Positions 53,955-64,000 of a stretch of DNA of 64,000 nt are shown here, piece by piece. The notes under the pieces are model-generated. The model worked only from the letters and a program-made list of their open reading frames with translations. It made no database searches and was not told the DNA's origin. The stretch's first letter is position 1. Each line of letters begins with the position of its first letter. The DNA is taken from assembly GCA_013265495.1 (NCBI GenBank), contig MU058463.1, positions 1,325,523 to 1,389,522 on the forward strand, read 5' to 3'. Source of the DNA: Vicugna vicugna (lineage: Eukaryota). Position numbers and translations under genes: made by a program.

Positions 53955-54507
53955 TTTTCTTTTTTTCCCCCAGCTTTATTGAGAAATAATTGACATACAT
54001 CACTGTATGAGTTTAAGGCATACAGCATGGTGGTTTGATTTAAATATATTTTGAAATAATTACCACAATAAGGTTCAACTAACCTCTATCTTCTCATATA
54101 GGTACAATAGAAAGGAAAAAGGGGGAAAGTCTCCTTATGATGAGAACTCTTAGGAGTTACTCTATTAACAATTTTCCTGTATATCATAGAGAAGTATTAA
54201 CTACAGTCATCATGTTGTACATTACATCCCTAGAACTTATGTGTCTTATAACTGGAAGCTTGTACCTTTTGACTACCTTTCTCCAGTCCTCTACCACCAC
54301 CCTTCACCTTTGGGAACCACAAGTCTTATCTCTTTTTCTATAAGTTTGGGTTTTTTTGTTTTGTTTTGTTTTTAGATTCCATGTATAAGCGAAGCCATAC
54401 AGTATTTGTCTTTTTCTGTCTGACTTGTTTCACTGAGTATAATGCCTTTAAATTCCATACATGTTGTCACAAATGGCAGGATTTTCTCATTTTTCATGGC
54501 TGAATAT
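53955..54507 (-). mobile_element. Younger L1 3' end (L1MA9-derived, laurasiatherian type) nested in older L1
   Basis: T tail, then cagctttattgagaaataattgacatacatcactg...cttataactggaagcttgtacctttga...tcatggctgaata. Candidate TSD CCATTTGCAT (53945-53954) / CCATTTACAT (54508-54517). Confidence 0.88.
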
Positions 54508-55218
54508 CCATTTACATCTAATGAAGTGTTTATATGGTTAAGTTGAAATCTTTCCCCTTTTTAAACCCCTTCTTTTAGTTTAATATAATATTTTTCATGG
54601 TTCTACTTTATTTGATTTCTTATTTACTATAACTGTTGTATTACTTTAGTGGTTCTTTTAGAGTTTATGTGTCTTTAACTTCACCATCTGACTTCATGCA
54701 ACATTATGCCATTTCCCACATAGTATAAGAACCTGAAACAATTTATTTTCATTTTTTCCCTCCTGGCCCTTGAATTATTGTTGTCATACATTTACTTCTA
54801 CAATTTTCACAACCTCCACAATACATTGTTATTGTGTTTGCTTTAATCACTCAATATCTTTAAAATGAACTTAAATAGGAAGAAAATTTCTTGTCCTGAT
54901 ACTTCTGTAACATTTCTTGTAACTCAGGTCTGCTGATGACAAATTCTTTAAAAAAAATTTTTTTTTGCCTTTATTGTCTATTTTGTCTTTATTCTTAAAG
55001 ATATTTTTGCTAGGTATGTAATTCTAGCCTGAGATTGGTTTTTGTTTTTTTACAGTTTGTTAAACATATTATTCAACTGTTTAATTGCTTACATTGTTTG
55101 CAGCAAGAAATTGTCTTTGTGCTCCTAAACATGTATATTTTCCTCTGGCTACATATACAATTTTTTCTTTCTCACTGGTTTGGGTCAATTTAATTATGAT
55201 CTATCTTGATTTAAAAAA

Positions 55219-55244
55219 ATATATATATACATATATACACACAC

Positions 55245-55288
<44 letters not shown>
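55219..55288 (+). repeat. (TA)n(CA)n(GT)20 compound microsatellite
   Basis: 70 bp of uninterrupted alternating purine-pyrimidine sequence; perfect (GT)20 at 55249-55288. Confidence 0.95.
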
Positions 55289-55291
<3 letters not shown>

Positions 55292-56649
55292 GCTTGTGCT
55301 TGGAATTGGAGTTGAGGTTTTTGGAACTCTGCATTTATAGTTTAATCAACTTGGTAATTTTCATATCACTATTTCTTCAAATATTTTTTCTACAACTCCT
55401 TTCCCCCATCTCAGCCAAACATCATGCTTCCAATTGCAATTATAACTAGGATTCTGAAGTTGTCCCAAAGCTCACTGATGCTTTATTCATTATTTAAATT
55501 ATTTATTTTTCCCTGTGTGTTTCATTTTGTATAATTTCTGTTGCTTATCTTCAAGTTCACTAATAATTTCTTCTGCAATGCATAGTCTGCTATTAATAGC
55601 ATCCAATGCATTTTTCATCTCAGTGATTGTAGTTTTCACCTCTAGAAGTCTGGCTATATTTTGATACCTTTTCTCTCACTATTTAACATACTTGATTTTT
55701 TTCCTCCAGCTTTTAGAACATATGGAATACAGTTGTAAAAACTGCTTTAATGTCCTTGTCTGCCAATTCTAACATCTGAATCAGTTTCAATTTATTTAAA
55801 TTTCTCCTCATTATGAGCTTCATTTTCCTACCTGTTTGCATGCCTGATAATTTTTTATTGGACATTAGACATTGTTAACTTTACCTTGTTGGGTGCTAGA
55901 TATTTTTTGCAATCCTGTATTCTCAACCTTTGTTCTGGGACACATTTATGATTCTGAAAAATAGTTTGAGACTTTTGAGACTTACATTTAAGATTTGTTA
56001 GGTGAGTCTGGAGTAGTGCTCAGCCTGTGGCTAATTATTCCCCACCACTGAGGTATGATTCTTCTAAATACACTACCAAATGTTCAGTCAATTATGAGGG
56101 TTTCCAGTTGGGCTGATGGAAATAGGGTTTTATTCCCTGTGCTGGGTGAGCTCAATTTACTCTGTTCTAATCCTTTTGGGTGGTTCATTTCCAAGCCTCG
56201 GGTAGTTTTTCACATGCTTTCAATGATCAGTACTCTGATGAACACTTGTGGGATCCTCTAAAGTTCTCTCAAGTTCTCTCTCTGTGCAGCTCTATTATCT
56301 CAACACTCTGTCTTATGAATTTGAGCTGCCTTGCTCTCCCTGGACTATTAGATCTGTGGCAACTCTAGAGAGTCTGCCAAACTCTATCTGGGTTTCTCCT
56401 CCTTGCTCTGTGACCTGGGAACTCCCACAAGTTGGTAAACTTAGGCAATTTTAGGGCTCATCTCATTTGATTTCTCTTTCTCAAGAGTCACTATCTGCTG
56501 TTGCCTTAAGTCCAGTATCTTGAAAAACATTGTTTCACTTTTTTGTCTAGTTATTTATTTTTCTTAGGAAGCTAAATCCTGTCTTTGTTACATATTTGCT
56601 ATCCATGTTGGCCAGAAACAAAAACTTCTCTAAAACAGATATTTTTAAA

Positions 56650-57400
56650 ACTGGCACAACCCCTATATTGCCTTTCCAGTTTATGGAATGAGAGCAATTT
56701 TGACCACTGAAATTGCCTGGAATTTACTGTACCTTTCAAAATTGTAAGGTAAAACCAATATTACACCCCTGGAGGAATCAATAAGTAATTGCCATTACTA
56801 CAACTTTGAAAGATTCCAGGCTTGGGATTCCTATTGCATACTTATTTAAACTGCCCACTGGCATTATTCAGGTGATAATTATTCTTAGTATATGCGAGTG
56901 AGTTCTTACAAGCTTAATCATCAGTTTACTCCAATTATAAAATCAACACAAATCTCAGGATTTATAGATCTTTCAAACAGTACAGAAATAAAATTATTCT
57001 GGTAGAACCTGGCAACTCAGAATTACCAGCTATCATGAATGACTTTGTACACTGTGCTTATGAATAGGGAGAAAAATCCTGGAGCCTGATACTTCTATAA
57101 AATTGCTGACGTTCCAGTGGTTCAGACATGTAGGTTAGCAACTTGAAGGTGGAAAAAAAAATCACTGCATTTGAAAACTCCACCCTAGGAATGTCTGTTT
57201 GGATTTTAAAGGTTACCTGTTCTACTTTAGATATACTGTTTAGAATGGACCCACTTATCAAGTTGACTCTAAAATCTGCCAACTTTGAGTGAGGCCCAGG
57301 GGAAGATAAGGCTCTCCAGCTAGTCCAGGCTGCAGGGTTCTGCCACTTGGACCTTTTTAAAGCCCAAAAGCATCTCCTATACGTATAAAAAGAGGCACTT
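56650..57400 (+). mobile_element. Class III ERV (ERVL) pol remnant (RT N-terminus and connection region)
   Basis: ~57272-57335 translates KSANFE*GPGEDKALQLVQAA, close to the ERVL pol motif KAASFEWGPEQEKALQQVQAA. ~56750-56935 resembles the ERVL 'QY..PGG...LKD.G..IP' and 'YRKLNQVVTPI' motifs, with frameshifts. Confidence 0.75.
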
Positions 57401-58649
57401 CAGTTGGTATCTGTATTTTGAAAAAGAAGTCATCTAATCAGGTAGTTAAAGGCATAATTTTAAAAAAATGTGGCTCAAAGAAAAAGAAAGAAGTGAAAGG
57501 CAGAAAAAGAGGCACACAGAAAACAATTTTAGGGAGTTAATCAGGAAAATGAAAAATAGAGGAACAGTGGATTTTTCTGGAGGCACATTCCAACCTAATT
57601 CATGCTCCAAACCCAAACTCCATCTGTCCACCTTAGTTTTCTGGAACGAACTCCCACTTATTCAGACCCACCCACCCTCCACAAACTATTCCTTTTCCCC
57701 AGATAGTCTTACCTCCCACACTTAGAACAGCATCACATATCACTTAGAATTTGTAATGCTTTTCATTTTGCACATCACTAAAACATTTGCCTCTTAGGCA
57801 ACAGGATAATCACTTCTCCCTCTGCCAAATTATGTCCTTCTATTTCTCTTCCTGAAGGAAATAAAATCCAGGATAAGAAACTTGACAGCACTTGCATCAT
57901 CTCCAGGCAGCACATCCAAAATATGTATCTGTGGACTCTAAGGGAAGAACCATATGATCGGAGTTTTTCAATCGAAGTCAAGAGCTGAAAAGTTTGAACA
58001 AAAGATCCGTTTGTTTTTCAGTGATACCATACTAGAACTATTTGAAGGAAGAAAATAAAGCGTCTCTGTCTCAAAGAGGTGCTTTTTGGAAAAATGAATT
58101 TCTTAAAGGAATATCAAATCTCTCTTTTTTTTAATATGTGCTAAATGCACCTAGTAAATATATCTAACTCTTCAGGTGTAAGCAAACATAAAACTTTATG
58201 ATGACTTCCTCTATAGTATATTTAACATTAAAATGTCAGTACTATTTTTTAAATGAAAATCATCACTCAGTAGGCTGTAATAGTGATACTATTCTCATTC
58301 TTAACTTTAAATTGTAATGCCTTTTTACACAACACAATGAAATCTTGGCCTAAACAGTCTTGTTTCTTAGTGTTAACACAATATTATGTAAAAAACATAA
58401 AATATAATATATTTGTATTCATGGGATTAAAAATTTCAATAAAATATACACACATTCCTCTGAAAATGCAGTTAAGTGAGTATTTGCCAAATACATTATC
58501 AGTTTTGTATGTGATTAAATATCATAGGAGAACATATTTGCAGAGATCTAGAATTCCTTTGTGCAAGGTGAGACTGAACTTATTGCTATACGATTTTTTT
58601 CAAACTGCTTCTATTCATCAGTTTTCCCAAGCGTATAATTTTCATATCC

Positions 58650-58830
58650 TCACTTTAGGGAATTGGGCAGATCTGGGTTTGAGTTCTAGAATCTCTCTTT
58701 TTATTTTTTGATTAGAGGAAATCACATAAACGGTTTTGCATGTGGCAGTGGGAGTAGCTTAGTACTGATTTGATACATTACATAACATGCTTAGCTCTGG
58801 CTCATAGTTACCAATCAATAAAAATACTTA
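58650..58830 (+). mobile_element. MIR SINE fragment
   Basis: gcagatctgggtttgagttctag...catgcttagctctggctcatagttaccaatcaataaa. Confidence 0.55.
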
Positions 58831-59909
58831 CGTTGTGATCCTCTTTCCTTTTCCTTCTCTGTCATTACCCTATTCTTCTTTCTCCCTCTCTCTTTACCCT
58901 TTTCTCAATCATCATCATCATTATCCTCAACATCTTCATCATCCTCTGGGTCATTCCTGATTTTGTTGGCAATATTGGGAAAATAAATGACATAATGACA
59001 AATGCATCAACCTATATTTTTTAAACATAAGACATGTAGGTTGAGGTCTTCAGCAATCCTGCTGGAAACATGCATAAGAGGAAACAAGGACCATTTCAAA
59101 ATACTTGACATTTCTGAAAGATGGAAGGGGACAGGTGGAAATGCAACTGCTCCTTGGAGAGCACTAAGGTGTCTTTATCTGTATTAAGCACAGCACACTG
59201 AATTGATAACGGGCACTGATCAGAAACCATTTTGTAAGAAACATGCTTATCTGTTTCTCTAGATCCAAATGTCTGTACATGATTAAAATACCAACGAAGC
59301 TAACTACAGTTAGATAACTCTCTTGAATAATGGCCTGTTGGGGTTCTCGATAATTTATAAGGAGGTTAAGCTAATCAAGCTTGAGTAAACCATTACTTAG
59401 AACTAATATAAATATATGGAAGCTAAATGACATACCAGAATTTGATAGCATAGTTCTATTATTAACTAACATTTCACTAATAAACTCAAAAAATGCATAA
59501 TTAGGAATAGCTAACGTAATCATTTTTATTTGGACAAATCCAAACTCTCTGTTGCTATTCTGTGCTGTATAAGATTTTCCTATATGGCAACCCTAACTCT
59601 TGAGTTTCTCTGAATGTGTTAATGACACAAAGTAAACACTTTGTCAGTGTTGATGCTTATTATTGTTATTTGAACTGTTATATTTATTGCTAATACATTT
59701 TTATCTGTTTTATAAAAATTAATTTTTAAATACAAAATTGAATTGATCTCCTAATTATTCTAACTTAAGCCCACACATTCTAGAAACCCAGGAGATACAA
59801 TTGCTCTAATGCAACCGACTTCTAGGAAATGCCTTCTAGTATTGCAGTGAGAGTTGTTTTTTACTTCCCTGGTTTTGATGCAAATGAGATTAACTTCTAC
59901 ATTATTTGG

Positions 59910-60098
59910 TCAGTGGGTTCCAAAATTTGGCTAGACATCAATATTGTTGGAGTGGTATTTTAAAAAACAAATTCTTGAGTCTCAACCTCAGAAATATTGA
60001 TTCTGCAAGTCTTTAGTAGGGCCCATATTCACTGAACTTTTAAAAACTCTATTTAATTTTACTACATAGTAGGAGCCAGGTGTCAAAAATGCTGGTCT
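59910..60098. mobile_element. MER5-like hAT MITE
   Basis: cagtgggttccaaaatttggctagacatca...cttgagtctcaacctcagaaatattgattc...aaaaatgctggtcta. Confidence 0.65.
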
Positions 60099-63000
60099 AA
60101 AAGACAATTACCTTTTACAGATAAGCCCTTCTTACATGTTTGCTTCTGATGCCCCACATTCATTTTTGCCCTTTGATAATGTTTGGTTATTTCATACACT
60201 TTTGTTCAGATAATTGTGGATTAAAATCTGATTTCTTAACAAGTATCCTATTTCTACCTGCTTGGCTATGTATTTACTGGAAAGTGTTTCCTTCCAGCAT
60301 AGCTAATGTTTCCTCAGATGGACTGGGAAGAATTACATATCACACTAATAAACACAAAAGTGGCTTAACTTCATCCCAAGAAAATGATTTTTTTCTAAGC
60401 TAGGAATAGCTACTCAAGTGATCTATAACACTGAGTAGGATTTAAAAAAAAAAAAAGGATTGTTTGCAACAGTAAGAACAGAAATGTTTTTAAGTCTGAT
60501 TTACCAAGAGTGATGTTCTAGTAGATTGCAAATACAGTACATAAAGAAGCAAGGCGTGCCTTTACTTAACTTTCTGCTTAGACCTGCGGGGTTTTGGAAG
60601 GGCTGGGATATCAGTCTGACACAGTCCATGGTCTGGTCATAGCAACAGGGATCAGACTTGAGGTTACCTACAAGGCTCCTGTCCCTGCCCGAGGACACGC
60701 CAGTTTTAACTGGGTGGATAGATAAGGAGACAGATGAGGGAGACTTTCACCAGTAACACAGACAGACAGCAGCAAAGAACTCCTGGTCACAGGCCAGTGT
60801 CATTGAGGCCCAGAGAGAAACTAATTTCCTTGACAATAGCCCTGGACTAGAGCAAAGAAAACATTTTTATTTGAAGACAGCATGGCTGTCCCTATTGCGT
60901 TAGCTCTTTCCCTGAAACTGAGGGTTCTAGGCAGCAGATTCCATCTAGCTCCAGCGAGGACACAATGTTCCCTAAGTGTATTGAAGACTACTCGGGGTAA
61001 TCCATAACCCCATGCCGTGAAATCCGTGGGAGACCTTCCTAGCTTCCTTGAGATTCACTGCCCCTGTGTTTTCACCTACGATGACAGTCAAAAGATTTAT
61101 TCAGACATTAGGGAGAAGGTCTCTGCCCTATGCCTTGACACAAAGATAGGCTAGGAAAGTATGACTGTCAGTTAAATTGCTCTGAAATATAATGAGTCAC
61201 TTGAATGCATATTATGTAACATGATCATTGTTTCTACTCCCAGCACCGGACTTCATGTATGCTCTGGGCATTAGCACCTTAAAGAGAATCATAATGAGTG
61301 ATTGGTTGATGCCAGAAAGGCAATTAACTTTCCACCACATTCTCCAAACAACAAATATTTATCATAAAAGCCAAATGAAATGTTGCAAGAGGTCTTAATA
61401 TATAATTAAATACTCTCAATATTTAACCTAATCTCCATGAGGGCATTTTAAGAACAACCATAGAATCCCCAGCACTAGGAAAAGCATGGCTCTGGAAGAA
61501 AGTAGCAAGGAGGAAAAGTGTACTTCCGGTTCCTCTGTCATATCTGACTATTTTTTTCCCTCCCAAAATTGCATTTCTCAGGTGGGTGGATTATTACTTT
61601 CTCTTTAGAGTGTGTATATATTCATACATCTATACATACACATACACATACAGACATAGACATAATATGTGTGTCTGTCTATATTATCCATATTTAATTA
61701 ATTGCTTTTCCCATGTTTGAAATTTAAAAAGAGAAATCAAATTAATTTCTATATGGTATTGCAAAAGGCATCATTCATCATTTCCAAGGCTTTATATTTA
61801 CAAATAATTTCCAAATTAAGGCTTCTGTCATGGGTGTTAACTTATTGAATACTGCTTTCACCTGATGGGAAGTTAATATTCATTTAATGGCATGAGGCCC
61901 TGGTTGAAATGGACCTAGATGTAAAGCAGATTCTCTTTCATTTCCTCTCCTGTAGTACTGATTTTGATTGTGGAACAGAATGTATGAATCTATAACATGA
62001 TGTGTGATTGAGTAACAGCTGTCAGTAATTCGATGCAGCAAAGATTGTAATGAAACCTCAAGTCATGAAAAATTTACCTGATTTTTGCTTCACTACAAAG
62101 ACCCAAAGTCAATCTAGGTTATTGAAACATCTGGCTTAACTTCTGAGTTTCTGCTACCCTGAAAGCCCCACCTGTAATAGTTGTTTCTGTAAGGGTAGAC
62201 CACTTGATTTTTTTGTTCATGAATTTGTGGATTAGAGTTGCCTTTCTCCAAAGTGACAGAATGTTACGTTAATATACTTTATCTTGAGATATTTGCACTT
62301 CTCTGAAATATAGATCCAGATGATTAAAAATTTTTCCAGGAATGAGTCTGTGTAAATGAAGTGGCATATGAGTTTTCAAGGGTTTTTAAAATATGTATTA
62401 AATAGGACTTCATTTTTAAACCTATTGCAATTAAGACAAAATCTTCTTTTCTCTAATGAAGAGGAGATCTTAACTAACAGTTTAAAACCTGTTAAAATTT
62501 GCTCAAATAAGAGATTAACTTTAGGGAGTATAATGAAATGGAAAGTCAATTAAATGAAAAGTCAAGACACCCAAATTCTTCATGAATGCCCAGACAATAC
62601 TTTTTTGTATTTCTGCTTCATTTCTTTTTTTTGAAGGAAGATTACTATTGTGAGAGAATCAGAGATATCAAAACACTACAAAGCTTTCTGAAATCAGGTA
62701 AATAATATTGGCCCCAGCTTAGAAATTAAAAGTTCCAAAGTAAGGAAATAAAGAGAATATTAAAACCCATATGGTCCAAACCATTAAATAACATAATAGA
62801 ATCACTGTGCATCAAATGAAATAAGTATAGCTACCTTACATTTTGTTAAATCTCATTATTACACTTTTCAGCTGATTCATCTTAGTAATTATTTCGTAAG
62901 CAACTAAACATGTGTATTCACATCGACTCTCATGTCTTTTGGTTTCTGGAACAGGAACATCTCAACAATTATTTTTATGGTGAGGATTAGCATCCAGATG

Positions 63001-63669
63001 TGTTTTCACAACTTAACAGTCTTTCCGCCTCAGCATTGGAATTATCAAGATAACAGAAGCTTACAAAGTCCAAAGGACTTTTTATAAGTGATGTAAAAAT
63101 AATTGTCAATAAACTATCAACATGCAAGTAGGTTCTTTTGTCTTATATGGTGGGAAAAACATGTTTTGGGGCTTTTAAAGAAAGACTCAGAACTGTGGTC
63201 TGAAGAGGATGCTAAAATAAGCAGAAATGGAGATAGGCAGCTGGCAAAAGATTATACACACAAAGTATGGCTTAAATTTAATACAATCAGATATAGTTCT
63301 TCATCCTCAAGGACTACAATTTTACAGTTGAACAGTGGAACCTATTTCTTATAACAGTAAACCAGTAGATTGGATAAGAATAGGTTTAACTGTCATGCAG
63401 TGCTGTCTCATTTAGTTATAAACTCATGAATTAGTACATTATTAGTAAAATAAGTTAAAGAAAATCAGCCTTCAGGTAGTTGATAAAGATAATAGCAGGT
63501 CCTCTTTTATATGGTCTATTTTATCATTAAAGAATTCAAACATACTGAAAAGTGTTAAGAAAAATATAGATTTTTTTTATAAACCCACCTGTGTTCAAGA
63601 CACCTTCACATTTTGCCCTATTTGTTTTGAATCTATTATAATCTTTTAATTGTTTATCCCTCCTTGGTT

Positions 63670-63895
63670 TTACTTCCTTCCATCTCTCCTCTGAGGTATT
63701 CACTAATCTGAGTGTAATGATTTTCAATCTGATGAAAACTTTTTATACTTTTACTATATGTTTATGTATCCATAAACAAAACTGAGTTTTGTTTTGAATA
63801 TTTTTAAACATATAGAGTAGTATCATATTATGTATGTTATTTTCCATTTTGCTTTTGTCACTAAAAATTGTACCTCTAAAATTTGTCCATATTAA
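63670..63895 (-). mobile_element. L1ME-like 3' fragment
   Basis: tttttatactttactatatgtttatgtatccataaacaa...aaaatttgtccatatt. Confidence 0.6.
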
Positions 63896-64000
63896 TTTCC
63901 TCCTTAAAGGGCCTGTCTCCAAATGCAGTCACAATCTGAGGTACTGAGGGTTAGAGCTTCAGCATATAAATTTGGAGGGGAGGTTGGATGGCAGCACAAT
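63896..64000 (-). mobile_element. MLT1A/B/C MaLR LTR 5' part (continues beyond the window)
   Basis: ctccttaaagggcctgtctccaaatgcagtcacaatctgaggtactgagggttagagcttcagcatataaatttgg is the antisense MLT1B-type LTR start. Confidence 0.85.

Larger units (their letters stand above)
51996..56620 (-). mobile_element. L1M4/L1MC-like LINE (5' end near 56620, broken in ORF2 near 52000) inserted in the ERV
   Basis: Colinear antisense ORF2 (ttgtcaaatgctttttc, tagaagtatgttatatagtttccaaatat), ORF1 (tcttcaagttcactaat) and 5' end (aaatcctgtctttgttac...ccatgttggccagaaac). Confidence 0.88.

Noticed and set aside
58283..58711. Longest ORF in the window (142 aa)
   Set aside because: GTG start, composition typical of AT-rich non-coding DNA, runs into a MIR, and has no splice or homology support.
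60612..60640. Possible REST/RE1 site
   Set aside because: Only a partial match; the conserved GTGCTGAA half-site is absent.
2267..63727. All ORFs in the supplied track as protein-coding genes
   Set aside because: They are short (60-142 aa), often start at non-ATG codons, and show no recognisable domains. Many lie in L1/LTR debris or microsatellites (e.g. 14288-14473, 48173-48412, 54137-54343, 55249-55449).
1..64000. CRISPR array, operon or other prokaryotic-type system; satellite array; NUMT
   Set aside because: The sequence is mammalian. I saw no regularly spaced repeats, long ORFs or mitochondrial-like segments.

Overview
AT-rich, CpG-poor, repeat-dense mammalian DNA, intergenic or deep intronic. 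It is almost certainly camelid (alpaca, llama or camel): it contains a tRNA-Ala-derived Vic-1-type SINE with a perfect 13-bp TSD and a camelid-type L1 3' end. I can support no protein-coding gene; the ORF track is repeat-derived or chance ORFs. A large share of the window is recognisable transposon debris: L1 of several ages, L2, MIR, MLT1 MaLR LTRs, an ERV1-type solo LTR, a class III (ERVL) provirus remnant and MER5/hAT elements, plus microsatellites and one 71-N gap. The most notable observations are: (i) a ~265-bp retrocopy of an mRNA 3' end with poly(A) tail and TSD inside an L1; (ii) a 24-bp exact duplication 2.57 kb apart that looks like a templated insertion; (iii) two multi-layer nested TE stacks; (iv) a probable false duplication at the gap; (v) a speculative minus-strand exon chain and a TF-motif cluster. 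I found no evidence of a novel multi-gene system. TE family names come from recalled consensus similarity, not a search, and boundaries without TSDs are approximate.
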